Shown in pieces: positions 1 to 13,043 of a stretch of 64,000 bases of DNA. A model generated the notes under the pieces. That model saw only the letters and a program-made list of their open reading frames with translations, did not search any database and was not told the origin of the DNA. Location: the IMG/VR virus record IMGVR_UViG_3300035507_000051, positions 34,311 through 98,310 of that record. One strand, written 5' to 3'. Positions within the stretch are counted from its first letter, which is position 1. Each line of letters begins with the position of its first letter. Made by a program: the position numbers and the translations under genes. Source of the DNA: a virus. Taxonomy: Duplodnaviria; Caudoviricetes.

Positions 1-2697
1 CCTAATAGTACAGACTACTACTTGGGCTCATCACAATATTTAGGTGTATTTCCTGAATATAGAAATGGAGAAGTTATTACTTACTATGACTACACTAGAG
101 GTAATAATAACACTCTGGCGGAATTTCAATATAAAACATCAGACTTATTCTACATTGATTGGGGAGTAATAACTGTTGATTCTCCCGATATTAGATTTAA
201 CGAGCAAATATCTTTAGTAGATATGGATGACGTTAAAGCTAGAATAGTAGGTTATGTAGATATTCAAGGGAATGCAGCTAGTTATAATATAGAGATAGAG
301 GGTACTACAGAGCCTGCAGAAAAGTATAAAGCAAATGCGCTAATGTCTGCAGTTCCTCTTGGTAATAAAACTACTGTAACTAGCTCTTATTTATCTGGAA
401 GTATTACATCAGGCAACAGAGGAGCTATACTACTTAATGCTCCATTGTGGTTAGATGGTATATCAGATAGGGGAGAATAGGGCTATGATTAGTATATAGC
501 ACAATGGTATGTATTTCCTTGGCATAGGAGTGGATCTTTAAATAATTGCTCATCTACTAATATGAACAATATTGAAGGAGCAGCTAAACCCTCTGTATTA
601 AAAAAGAAAATTATAGCAAATGCTAGATTTGGATATAACACCTCATATGATATAGCTAAAAAAGATTTAAGTATTACAGATACTAAAATATTTTTACAAA
701 CTAGTGATGCTTAGTTAACTAGATTTACTGATGGTAGTTTATACAGAAATAATATAGACATAATACTACCTGCATCAGGACTAACTGCATTTAAAGCTTT
801 TGGATTAATGCAATCTACTACTACAACTGATGGAGATAAGATTATGACAGTTACTCCATATTATGGAAAGTAGATAGGGGATTCCCCTTCATTCAACAAA
901 GATACAGATCCAGTAGAAGCTAATACTGCTAATTTGTTAGGCTGCTTTTTTAACTTTTCTACTACTACAACTAATGCTAAATTTTTATATTATGATCTTT
1001 TGCATGATAGTGTAGGTAATGGGAATTCCTACCATGTTAGTTCAGATCCAATACCTATGTAGTTTAAAACAGGCAGTAATTGTATACTAAAGCTAAATTC
1101 TAGTTTAGATTATAATCAACTAAAAAATTCTGACAATAGTAAATTTATTTATGAGATTTCAAATGGCAGGTGGCTACCTATAGTAGAAGTTTATAGAGAG
1201 GTGTCTAATAAATTTGGAGGAACTTCAGATGATGCTATTTAGCAGAATGCGTGGTTAGTAGCTGGTAATCCAGTACTATTAACTGATGATAGTCTAAATA
1301 TATTTTGGGATAGAGGAGATACTTATTTTTAGAGATATGACTGCTTGAAGACGATGCCTTATAGTGATAGTTCAGTTAATAACATTATTGAGATACTATC
1401 ATTTTTTTGTGAAACTAGAATTAACATTGATGGTAGATATGATACTAATAGAGGATTACAAGACAATACTAATGTTAGTTCTACAAATTTTAATCTACTA
1501 AATGATATTTATTCTTAGAAAGACAATTACTTTGAGTATTATATAGCAGACTATGATTTAACTCAAATTAATTCTTATCCTAATTAGATTATATGGTCTA
1601 ATACAAAAGTAGCTGGAGATACAGTAGATGCTTGGACTAATATAACTTTACTAAATAGTTTAGATTTAGATGGAAGTAAAGGTACTGTCAATGCTATAAA
1701 GAATTTTAATGGATAGCTTTATACTTTCTAGGATTCAGGCATCGCAATGCTTGGATACAATCAAAATGCTATGGTTAACTCCCAAGATGGTGTTCCAATT
1801 GAAATAGCTAACTCTGGGAAGGTCACAGGTTCAATATACATTAGTAGTAATCAGGGCTGTATTAATAAATGGACTATTACTGACATAGGTGAGGGATTGA
1901 CCTTTGTAGATTCTCTAAATAGGACTTTCAATTTGTTTAATGGTAAAGCTATATAGGATCTTGGAGAAAAAGCAAATTTTAGAGCCTGGATTAAAGCTAA
2001 TTGTGGAAGTTTAGATTCTTGGAATCCTGTATGGAAAAATATTAATCCCAATACTTTAACTGTATTGCATGATAAACAGGCTGGAGAACTATTACTAGTA
2101 AATAAAGACAATGCAGTTGCATATAGTTTAGGTCTTCTTAAATTTACTTCATTTTATAGCTATGAGGCTTGCCCTTGGTTTATCAATAGTAGAGAAACGC
2201 CCATACTTTTACAGCATTTAGATAGCAGATACTGGGGTATGTGGAAACCTAGAGCCGGAGAATATAACAAGTTCTTCAATTCTATTAAACCTTATACTAT
2301 TGAATTTATTATGAATGATGCCTCTTTATTTGATGTGTATAAAATGTTTTCTACTTTAGAAATCAGAGATACTGTATTAGCTTCTCAAGAGGATACTTAT
2401 GAAACAAGTCCTAATAAAATTAGCATACAAGATGATTTTTCCTTTGATACTATTCAAACTTATAATAGTTACTAGGATTCTGGTAAGTAGAAGTTATCTT
2501 TCTTAAGAAACAAGCCTTCAAATTTAAAAGCTAAATTTAGAACTTGGAGAATTCAAATACCTAGAAATAAAAATAAAGGAGTTGGTAGAACCAGTGATAG
2601 AATGAAAGATCACTATTTAACAGTAAAACTATCTCATGATAATCAAACTACAAAAGGAGTAAAAATTCATGATATAGTAGCATCATACTATACTTAA
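1..2697 (+). CDS. Tail stabilisation/muzzle protein (P22 gp10-like, crAss-type), 5' partial, TAG read-through
   Basis: ORF fragments 22-480, 1747-1956 and 2065-2475 are all in frame +1 and end at TAG; the gene ends at TAA 2695-2697. Motifs RYDCLKT, CETRINIDGRYD and KFRTWRIQIPR..DRM resemble crAss-like tail stabilisation proteins. Confidence 0.75.
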
Positions 2698-2702
2698 TTA
2701 TT

Positions 2703-2739
2703 AAAGGTAAGCAATATATTTGCTTACCTTTTATTTTTT
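2703..2739 (+). terminator. Rho-independent terminator
   Basis: AAAGGTAAGCAA-TATAT-TTGCTTACCTTT hairpin plus T-tract just after the TAA at 2697. Confidence 0.8.
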
Positions 2740-2749
2740 GACTTAAAGT

Positions 2750-2781
2750 GTTGATAGTTTCGCTGATTTTTACTATCTTTG
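2750..2781 (+). promoter_or_regulatory. Bacteroidota sigma-A-type promoter (-33/-7)
   Basis: GTTG (2750-2753), 20-nt spacer, TATCTTTG (2774-2781) matching TAnnTTTG, ahead of ATG 2809. Confidence 0.7.
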
Positions 2782-2808
2782 TGCTTAAATAATTAATACA
2801 GTATTAAT

Positions 2809-5106
2809 ATGAGAAAAAATGGAATAACAATTGTTAATCCTTGGAATAAAGATGCAATAAACTAGCATTATTATGGAATTACTCCAGATAATGTAAATCA
2901 ATATGATTTGGGTGGTGCTTTGCAATTGGCTTAGACTGGCACTTAGCAACTAGCAGATGGAGTCAAGGAATTAAATAATATAGGAGATAAATCCAAATAG
3001 TTAAATAATTAGATACAAAGTTCTAATATATCAGCAACTCAAGCTTCTAGCACTGCAGATTTATTAGCAGAATACAATGCCTATAACCCTTTAGCTAAAG
3101 TTACTTGGAAAGACTTTACAAATAAAGGAGGTATTGGAAGCACATTAACAGACATGGTAGGTAATGGAGTTTAGGGAGCTATGAGTGGAAGCTCTATGGG
3201 ACCAATTGGAGCAATTGGAGGTGCAGGAATAGGTTTAGCTACTGGATTATTTACTAATCTAGCAGCTAAAGCTAAAGCTAAAAGAGAAGCAAAGGCTGCT
3301 AATATAAAAATAGCAGCAGCTAATATTAACAATTAGAGTATATTAGACAATAAAGCTATAGGTTTAGACAACAGAATGCTCAGACAGGATTTAAATAATT
3401 TTACTGGCTGGGAAGCAGCTTATGGTGGGCCTTTAAATAGAGAATTTGGATTTGGGGGAAATATGCTTACTAATGGGTCTGTTTTTTCTACAGGATTGAC
3501 TTTTATAGATACAGGAGGTACTCATGAACAAAATACTAATGGTGGAGTACCTGCGGGAGTTAATCCACAAGATGGAATCCCTAATTAGGTTGAAGAAGGT
3601 GAGGTTATTTATGATGATTATGTATTTAGTAATAGGCTAAGAGTAGCTAAAGAATTAATGGAAAAATATAAACTAAATCCAGAAAATGGGAAAAATCCAA
3701 CTTATGCATAGGCTATAAGAAAATTATCTAAAGAAATTAGTGAAAGGCCTAATGACCCTATAAGTAAGAATGGATTAGAGGCTATAATTAAAGAATTTGC
3801 CTAGTATCAAGAAGAAAAAAGAGCTAAGTAGTAGCAAAAGAAACAACAGTAGCAACAACAACAATATTAGGATCAAGTATTGCTACAACAAATGCAATAG
3901 GCTTAGATGCAATAGGCATAGGAATAGTAGCAATCCCAATTTGTAAATGGTGGATTAGTTAGAAGATTTGATGATGCTGGCTCTTTAGTAGATCCTACTG
4001 AAGGCATCATATATACTCCTGATGAAGGCAATTTACCTGAATTAACCGTGGTTTATACAAGACCCAACACACCTGCTCCAGTGCAAATTTCTGATAGAGG
4101 TCCAATAAATCCGGATACTCCATCTTAGCCTATAGATACTTTTCTAAATTATATTGAGCCATAGACTCCAATTACACCTCTAGTACCTGCTTCTCCAACT
4201 ATAGATCCAAAAGCAAATGCTTTAGAAGTAATAGCAGAAAGAAAAAGTAATCTAGCAGCAGGAAAATAGTATTTTGTTTCAAAGAGAAATCCCTATAAGG
4301 TTCTTACATCTCCTGTAGAATTAGCAACAAAAACTACTACACCAGAAAAGAAGGGAAAAACTTATTAGGATTTTCTTAGATTTGCTCCTGTAGTTAGTCA
4401 AGCGATTTAGGGATTAACAGATGCTTTTGGTTTTACCAATAGGCCTACTTTTAATTTAGGAAAAAGAATACTAGCTGCTAATAATGCAATAAGAGATGTA
4501 GGTACAGAAGCTGTAGGCACTAAACTGGGATATAGGCCTGTAGATTAGTGGGCTGCTATTAATAATTTAAACGCGCAAGCTGCTGCACAAAGGGCTCTTA
4601 TAAGAAACTCGAATAATAGAGTTGGGGCTGCAGGATCCTTATTAGCTGCTGCATACAATTAGAATAAAACTTTAGGAGAACTATATGCTAATATGGAGAA
4701 TGCTAATTGGAGTAGATTAGCTAGTGTAGCTTAGCATAATACAGGAATAGATCAGTCTAATAGACAGGCATTTGATCAAGCTGCTCAATTCAATGCAAAT
4801 TAGGGAGTAAGAAGGGCTGCTAATATGATTACTGCTGCTTAGGCGGATGATGCTGAAGAAACTGCAGCTTATCAAGCAATAGCTAATAATAGAACTAATT
4901 TAGCTAATACTTTAGGAGCTATAGGTAAAGAAAGACTTGAAAGAGGTATGCTAAAAGCTCTAATTAAATCTGGATATGCAGGAACTCCTAACCAGGCTTT
5001 AATAGCTGCATTAGCTAGATATGGTATTAATGTAGGATAGCTTACTACTGGAGCTAAAAATGGTGGTAAACTTAATAGAAAAAAGAAAAAAGGATTGACT
5101 TATTGA
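2809..5106 (+). CDS. Virion cargo/ejection protein (765 aa, TAG=Gln)
   Basis: Frame +1 from ATG 2809 to TGA 5104-5106 with TAG interruptions. Contains a glycine zipper (GAMSGSSMGPIGAIGGAGIGLATG), the crAss cargo-type motif GGTHEQNTNGGV..Q(TAG)VEEGEVIYDDYVFSNRL, and a poly-Q tract. Confidence 0.75.
3829..3939 (+). repeat. Poly-glutamine coding tract mixing CAA, CAG and TAG
   Basis: TAG TAG CAA AAG AAA CAA CAG TAG CAA CAA CAA CAA TAT TAG ... CAA TAG GCT TAG ATG CAA TAG GCA TAG GAA TAG TAG CAA TCC CAA in frame. Confidence 0.85.
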
Positions 5107-5107
5107 T

Positions 5108-6961
5108 ATGGCAAGGATTATACAAAATAATGCACAGTTTAATCCATTCAGTTTTGATGAAATGCTTAAACCAGTAGCTTTATATGGAGAAGCATACAGA
5201 AGTCAAGAAGATGCTTTAGCTGAACTAGAAAATAAATCAGCTGTATGGGATGGATTATTAGATAAAATTAAAGATGCTAAAACTTACAAAAAAGTAAAGA
5301 AATATATAGATGGTATAAAAGCAGCATCAAGTGATTTATCTACAAATGGTTTATCTGTAGGTACTAGAAAAGCCCTACTAAATTTAAAATCTTAGTATGG
5401 TTAGGAGATTGCTCCTATTGATGTCCTATATAAGAAAAGAGCTGAAATTGAATCTGACCAAAGAAAGATGGAAGCTGCAAATCCAACTATAAGATTCAGA
5501 AGAAAAGCTGCAGAAACTAGTTTAGACGATATGTACAATAATCCTACATTAGATTTTGGTGCTAATTTTTCTGGACAAATGCTGCAGGATGATGTGTATA
5601 AAGCAGTAGCTTCTATCAAAACTGCAATGCTTAGAGGAGATAAATTGCAGAGTATTGGATTACCTTTTTAGTATCAATAGAGGTTAGATAAAGGAGCTAC
5701 TCCAGATGAAGTATTTACTGCAATGTTCCAATAGGCCTAGCAAGGAGATCCTAGCACAGTGAAATTTCTACGTTCTATAGTGTAGAATGAGGTAGCTTCT
5801 TCTGGAGTACTAGACTGGAATGATCCTAGTGCAGTTAATTATGCATATACTTGGGCTAATAAAGGTCTTATGGGTGCTATAGGTGAATCTGAAATGAAAT
5901 ACTTTACTGATCAATACAGTATGCAAGAAGCTTTAGCACAGAATGAGTGGAATAAAAAATAGCAAGAAGCTAATGCTGAAGCACAAAGACTGAATGGTAA
6001 TATACCTCTTAATTTTGATGATTTAGTTTCACCATTAGAGGGAGAAAGAGTGCCTGTAGAAATACGAGATTATGAAAATCTACAAAAATTAGGATATGGT
6101 TATGATCCATCTAAGAATAAAAAAGCTGGCTATGTAAGAATAGATGTGGGACCAGCATCAAGAAACAGAGATGCTGCTGGTGGTGACTACAGAAATCAAA
6201 GTATAGATGTTAACTTTTTCTCTAAGGATGGTTTACTTCTATCTAAAAAAAGCGTAATGAGTTAGACTAAAAATACTTAGTATAAGGAGGCTATTGCTAG
6301 AAAATATGATGAGTTTAAGAAGTGGACTGAAAAACACATTACTCCAGTTAATGGCCATTATCCTATGTCTGCTTATAAAAAGTATTACGATGGTCTATAT
6401 GCTAATAAAGTAGAAGGAAGTAAAATGCTTTCTATGGTACAATTAAGATTAGATAAAGATACAATAACAAATATAATTCTGAGTAATGCTCAAAAGACTG
6501 TAAATGGAGGCATTACAGGAATAATGGAAGTAAAAGATTGGAATTCTGATGGATCTATGGAAACAAAAGGTCGCGTTAAATTAAAAACTTTGCAAAATGA
6601 ACTTTCAAAAGAAGATGTTCAACCTTTGCTATATGTCCCAGGAACTGCAGCTACTAGAGGAGTAATTGTAAAGCTAGGTAAAAAGACATATTTAATTCCA
6701 CAAAATGTACTAGGAAGTATTGGAGCTGAAGCTTTTAATATTGATGTTCCCATGCTACAAACTGCATATCAAACTAAGCAAGATTTAATTAGTAGGTATG
6801 GCGAAGATGCTTATTATAAATCTCCTGAAGGACAAAAGCTAGAAGCCACCATTGATTAGGCGGGAGCTGCTTATGTAAGATCTATTACAAATGCACTAGC
6901 TTTTGAATATAAATTAAATCCTTATCAATTAAATACAACAACTGAAAATTCTTTATAGTAA
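5108..6961 (+). CDS. Putative virion cargo protein (617 aa, TAG=Gln)
   Basis: ORFs 5108, 5468, 6050 and 6365 share frame +2 and end at TAG. The gene ends TAG-TAA at 6956-6961, overlapping the next ATG (TAATG). N-terminus FNPFSFDEMLKPV is typical of crAss cargo genes. Confidence 0.7.
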
Positions 6962-9900
6962 TGGCAACTAAAAAAGATATAACTCAGACTGGACCTAAAG
7001 CCCTTAGAGGTATCAGGAATCCAGACCTATATAATCAACAAAGTTTAGGATTGTCCCAAGAACAACTAGACAATCTTCAAAATTTAAATTATAGAGCTAC
7101 TAATAGAAATTTTGAAGTTACACATGGCCATGTTGGATATACAGGTCTTAATAAACCTACTTTCTATGCTCCAGGGATTAACAAGGATGTAGATTATGGA
7201 AGCTCGTCTTATGATAAAGATATTTTAATTAATCCAACTTAGTAGGATGTGCAAGATTATAGGTTTTCAGAACAATCTGGATTAACTCAAGCTCTTAATG
7301 GTGTCTTAAAAGGAACTTTACTTGCAGGTACTACTTTTGTAAATGGTACTGTAGGGTTAGGTATAGGATTAATGCAAGGAATTGCTAATACTATAGATGG
7401 TGATAAAACTACGTCTTTTTGGCAAGGTTTGTGGAATAATCCTATAAATGCTCTTATGACTGAAGTAAATAATAAAGCAGAAGAGGTACTTCCTAATTAT
7501 AGAAGCACAGCATAGAGTGAAGGTCCTTGGTGGGCATGGGATAATTTAACTTCAGCAAATTTCATATTTGATTCATTTGTTAAAAATATGGGATTTACTA
7601 TAGGTGCAGTGTATAGTGGAGGTATCTATACTAAAGCTATTGACGCTGTAGCTAAATTGATAGGTACTGGTAGGATGGGTGCAGCTACTGCAGAAACTAT
7701 AGCAGCTGGAGAAAAAGCTATGGAATCTGCTAGAGCAACTAAAGCTGCTAAAGCCACACTAGGTGCTTTATTAAGTGCCCATGCAGAAGCTACTACAGAA
7801 GCATACAACACCTACACAGATGGTCTAAAATTAGAGGATTAGAAAATTCAAAATAGATTTAATGAAGATTATAGAAAAATTGTTCATGAATTTGAATAGG
7901 CTGGTGGTAAATTTGATTAGAATGGGTATCCAGATCCTAATTCAAATCCTGAAGCTTTTCAAAGAATGCAACAGCAAACTTCATTGGTCAATACTAGAGT
8001 ACAACTAGCTAGAGAAGAAGCTGATTCTAGAATGAGATAGGCTGCCACTATGGATGGTATTTTAAATATCCCTATTCTATGGGTAGATAATTTATTCATG
8101 ATGGGTAAATATTATGCTGGAGGATGGAAAGCTGCTAGAAATGCTAATAAGACTGTAACTAGAGCAACTAAAGAAGCTATGAAAGATGCTAAAGCTGCAG
8201 CTGCTGCTGGTGATATGTCTAAATTAGAAAAACTAAATGAAATTGTAGCTAAAGCAGAAAAAACAGCATATAAAGGACTAACTGCAGAAGAGAGAGCTCT
8301 AGTAGAAGAAGTTCATCCTAGAATGTTAGGTAAAGTGGGAGGAGCTACTAAAAAAGCTCTTACTCCATTTGTTAGAGAAGGTAATGAAGAAATGTCTTAG
8401 GGTGCTGCTTCTCAGGCTAGTATTTACCGCTATGGATTAACAGATGATTAGATTGACAGAATATTTGATGGTAGATAGGATCCTGATGCATAGTTAGAAG
8501 TAAAGGGGTTGCTAGAGTCATTGGTTTATGGTATTGGTGAATTTTATGGAGATCCATAGAATTGGCAAGAGGGTTTCATAGGAGGTTTAACTGGTCTATT
8601 AGGTGTACCTACTTTTGGTAAAAGAGCTAATTCTACAGACCAAACTTACTTAGGTAGAAGTAAATGGATTGGTCTAACTGGAGGTGCTGTATCTGAAGTT
8701 AAAAATTATTTAAAAGAAAGATCAGAACAAGATGCTGATGCTGTTAGAGCTACAGAGGTTCTTAGAAAAGGAAATCTAACTGAAGATCTTAAGCATTTAG
8801 TAGCTCAAACTAAATTTACTAAAGATTAGGAATTTGCTGTTATCCATGATGATGAAAAGGAGTATAAGGATGCTAGAACTGCTGCTATTTTTGAATAGAT
8901 AGCCTATTTAAGAAAAGTAGGAAGAATGGATCTTTTAGAATCTCTCATGAATCAAATGGAAGGATTTACTGAAGAAGATGCTTAGACTATTTTAGATTTA
9001 GCTACTAAAGAAGTTTCTGTAACTGCACCTAATATTCAAGAAAAAGTAAACTAGAAAAAACAGTTAGAATAGGAATTAGAGTAGCTTTTACAATAGAAAG
9101 CTGAAGTAGATAGCTATGGAGCCACTTAGAGAGAATAGCTCCTAATTAATGCGTAGGATGCAGCTAATGAAGATTTAGGAAGTCCTGAAGATAATCGTAT
9201 GGCTTTTGAAATGCTTAGGTAGTTTAATCAGGCAATTAAACAAAAGCAGGACTAGATTGATATTTTAGATTCTGAAATAAGAGAAGCTAAGGCCACTACA
9301 ATATCTCCATATGTGCATTGGGAAGATGGATCAATGTTTTCTAATGAAGAAATTTTACAAGACTTAAATAAAAGAGTTAAAAATGTAAAGAAGATTATTG
9401 ATACTATAAATTTAGCTCAAGACTAGATTGATGAAGCTACTTCAGAAGTATTAACAGATGAACAACTAAATACTCTTACTTGGTATCATGTAATGATGAA
9501 TGATTGGGTTGAAAGATCTGAAGGTATTACTACATAGTGGTAGTCATTAATTTAGAAAATAGTTGATGATCCCCAATTAAAAGCTATACTTGATGCTGCA
9601 GAAGCTGTAGAAGATATACTTAAAGAATCTGGATTAGATTTCAATAGTAATGAGATAAAGTTAGGAGGCAGATTTGATGCTAGTTTAACTTAGGCTAAAC
9701 AATATAAAAAACTACTGGACAATTTAATACAGGCTTTAAATACTGGAGGTATGACAGTAGCTTATCTTTTGACTAGTGAAGATAAGGTTAAAGGTACTGA
9801 TTTAAAAGCAGGTGAATTAATTATGAAGCAATTATAGGCTGTATTAAATACAAATGAATCTATAACTGCAGATGTAAAAGAGAATTTTAATAAAGCCCTA

Positions 9901-12900
9901 CTCGACTTACAAGCAATGGGTAAAAGCCATAGAAGGTATAATGAATTGCTTGATGAGTATCTTAAAAATCCAGAAAAAATTGATGAAGCTCATGCTGCCA
10001 GTACTAAAAAAGCTGAAGAGCAAGCAACTAATAAGAAAAGAGCGGGCATACTACAAAATATAAATTGGGAACAGCCTATTGGTAAAATAGCTAAATAGCT
10101 AGCAGAAAATGCAAATTCTATTCAAGATGCTGGAGGGTTTGACGAGCTTATTAAGGAACTATCTCCTGAAGAGTAGGCTATTGCTGAACAAGTACAAAAA
10201 GCTTTAATGACTTTAGATGCTGTAAATGACCTTATAGATAAATCTTAGCTTACCTAGGAACACGCCAATATTCTAAGAAAACTATTGGATAGGTCAATAG
10301 AGGATCTTGAAGATCCAGAAAATTTGCTAGTAGATTTGCTAGAGCGCTTGAATGATGGTGGAGTCGATGATATAATAGATGACACAGTTCCTGAAGATGC
10401 TGGCATGGATGAAGCTCAGATGATAAAAGATGCTGCAATTTTGGCTATAAATGACTTCTTAGAAGATAACCTAGATGAAATAGTATCTGCTGTAGATGAG
10501 GCAGAAAAAGCTGAATAGAGAAGACAAGAAGAAGAAGAAAAAAGAATGCAAGAAGAAGCAGAAGCATTAGAGAATAAAGAAAAGAGTGAAAATGAGGATT
10601 TGGAGGAACCTGAAGAAAAAGATCCTGCAGATATAGATGATACTATACCTGAAGATGAATCTGAAGATGAGCTTTCTGATCCAATTGAAGACACTACCTA
10701 GGAAATTAAAATTAGAAATAGGTAGGACACTGGACCACAACAAGGCTAGAATTGGGCTAAAGATAGTAGAAGAAGACAAATAAGTTAGTACTATTTACAT
10801 GGAGAAGATAAGCAAGAGCTTCCTGATTATTATGAATAGCATCCAGAATACATACCTAAAGGAGTAGATAAAGAAGCTTTTTTAAAGTATGTAAAGGCCG
10901 TTCATAAATACCTTACTAATAAAGGGGCATATACTTATATTAGTGGAGTAAATTCAGAATATGCACTTAAAGTAGGAGATGATATTGAATTTATTACAGA
11001 TAAAGAGTTAAATGCAGAGGCTGGAGTTACTGTAATTCTAATGTAGGTTACTAATAAAGACGAGTAGAAGCAAATTATTGGCTCTTTAGCTACTTCTTTA
11101 GATTTTCAAACTCAAGACAGGGAAAATGGTAAGACGTTAGCAGAAAAATTTCCAGGAGATAAAGCTTTATATGATGCTCTCGTTAGAGAATTACTAGATA
11201 AAGAAAGTGGAACTGCATCTACTATAACTACTAAAGTAGAAGCACTAAAAGGCGGGTATCCTTCTTTTAGTAAAAATAATAATTCTGTAGCTTCTGTATT
11301 TGGAGATAACCCAATACCAATAGCAATAGTAAAAAAGACCTCTGTAGCTAAATCATCAAATGTTCATGATGATGCTTGGCAATTAGTAGGCAGTAAACCA
11401 GGGCAAGTTTATGTTTATATAGAATCTAATAATGGCATACAAGTTCCTTTATTATGTACCAGCACTGCTTTGAGAGATTTAAGTGAGGATGATTGGTACA
11501 TATAGCAAACCTTAAATGCAGTATTAGCTCTTAAAGATACTGCGCAGTTAGGTAGATTAAAAATGAACTTATTAAAATGGTTGCCATTTTTAAAAAATTT
11601 ACACATCAATATAATTCCAAAAGAAAATAATGTTAAATAGATATTATTTTCTTGGGGCAGTAATGCTGAAGGTAAAAACACTAATTAGTATAGTATCACT
11701 TTAGAAGATGATGGTTCAATTCCTGAATATAAAGCTTTATACTTTATTAAATTTTTAGCTAGAACTAAAATTGAAACTTCTAAAAAAGATAGAGGTGGAA
11801 ATCCTGTTCAAATGTATCCAACTACTAGTGTAGATAGGCTCCGTCTTGATGATGCTGAATATGTAAAAAATATTTCTAGATATATTAAAGTAAATATTAC
11901 TGAAAACACTCCCCATACTATTAATGACTGGTTTACATATGAAGCTACATCATATTAGACAGATAATCAGGCTCATAATAATCCAAATCCAGTAGTTCCT
12001 ACAAATGGAGCTAGAAGAGCTAATCATAAAGTAGATACTCCAGATGGAGAAGTAGAAGTATCTCCTGCAGGTACTGTAAATGATAGTGAAGGTAAACCTT
12101 TAGATGAAGACAAAGAAGCTGCTGCTAGAGAATTCATTAATGACGATTCTACTGAAGTACCAGAAGATTTAGATAATGATGATGATAATGATGCAGAATT
12201 AAGTCCTATAGCTACTAAAAGAAGAACTAAAGGTAGTCTCAACTTAGTAAATATCTTTAGAAGAAGTAGAACTAATAGAACTGGTAAACATCTACTAACA
12301 ACTGATACCTAGGATAATGTAACTGATGAAGAAACTTTAGCTAGTGATGAAGAAAAACTTAGAAAGATGTTTCCTAAATTGGCTGAATAGGGAAGGATAG
12401 TATTAGTGGATGGGCTTATTTCTATAATTGATAATGCAGGAAATCCTAAATAGGCTTATGGTTTATTTAGAAATGGAGTTTTATATATAAGTAAACAAAG
12501 CCCTGCAGGAACTGCCTATCATGAGGCTTTTCACTATGTAATAGATACTTTGTTAAAACAAACAGAAAAAGCTATTTTGTTTAAAGAAGCTACTGAATTG
12601 TTTGGCAATCTAGAAGAACTAGAGTTAGAGGAAAAATTAGCAGAGTCATTCAGAGAATTTATGAATGGTATGCAAGATCCTTCTATTAAAGGTAGATTAA
12701 AATCAATTTGGTAGAATTTAAAACATATAGTTAAATCAATTACTGGTAGAGAATCTTATATGGATAATCTATTTTGGCAAATGTATAGAAATAAAATAGG
12801 TAAAAGGCAAGAAACTCAAGATAATCAAAATACTTATAAAGAAGAATTACTAAAATATAAGCAAGAAAAGCTTAAATATGATAATTTAGATTAGGAAACT

Positions 12901-12990
12901 CAATAGTATATTCAAAAAAGGGGTTTCTCAAAAGTCAATTTTGATGACTTAAGTATAGAACAAAAGGAAAACGTACTTTAGTGTATGTGA
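6961..12990 (+). CDS. Giant cargo/ejection protein with zincin metalloprotease domain (2009 aa, TAG=Gln)
   Basis: Fragments 6961, 7249, 7588, 8050, 9916 and 10285 are in frame +1; stop TGA 12988-12990. Hydrophobic Gly-rich N-terminal segments; TAYHEAFHYV (HExxH at 12520-12534) followed by EEKLAESF. Confidence 0.75.
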
Positions 12991-12996
12991 GTAGAC

Positions 12997-13038
12997 AAAA
13001 AAAAATAAAGGGTAGTACAGTTAATGTACTACCCTTTT
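12997..13038. terminator. Bidirectional terminator between convergent cargo genes
   Basis: AAAGGGTAGTACA-GTTAA-TGTACTACCCTTT with an A-tract on the left and a T-tract on the right. Confidence 0.85.
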
Positions 13039-13043
13039 GTTGT

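Noticed and set aside
1851-12242. Minus-strand ORFs in the track (1851, 5401, 7626, 10250, 10416, 10567, 11415, 12024)
   Set aside because: Antisense shadows of the recoded plus-strand genes.
5104-12990. TGA recoding (code 4)
   Set aside because: TGA cleanly ends genes at 5104-5106 and 12988-12990, before a start codon and a terminator, and occurs in many ATGA overlaps in the early arm.
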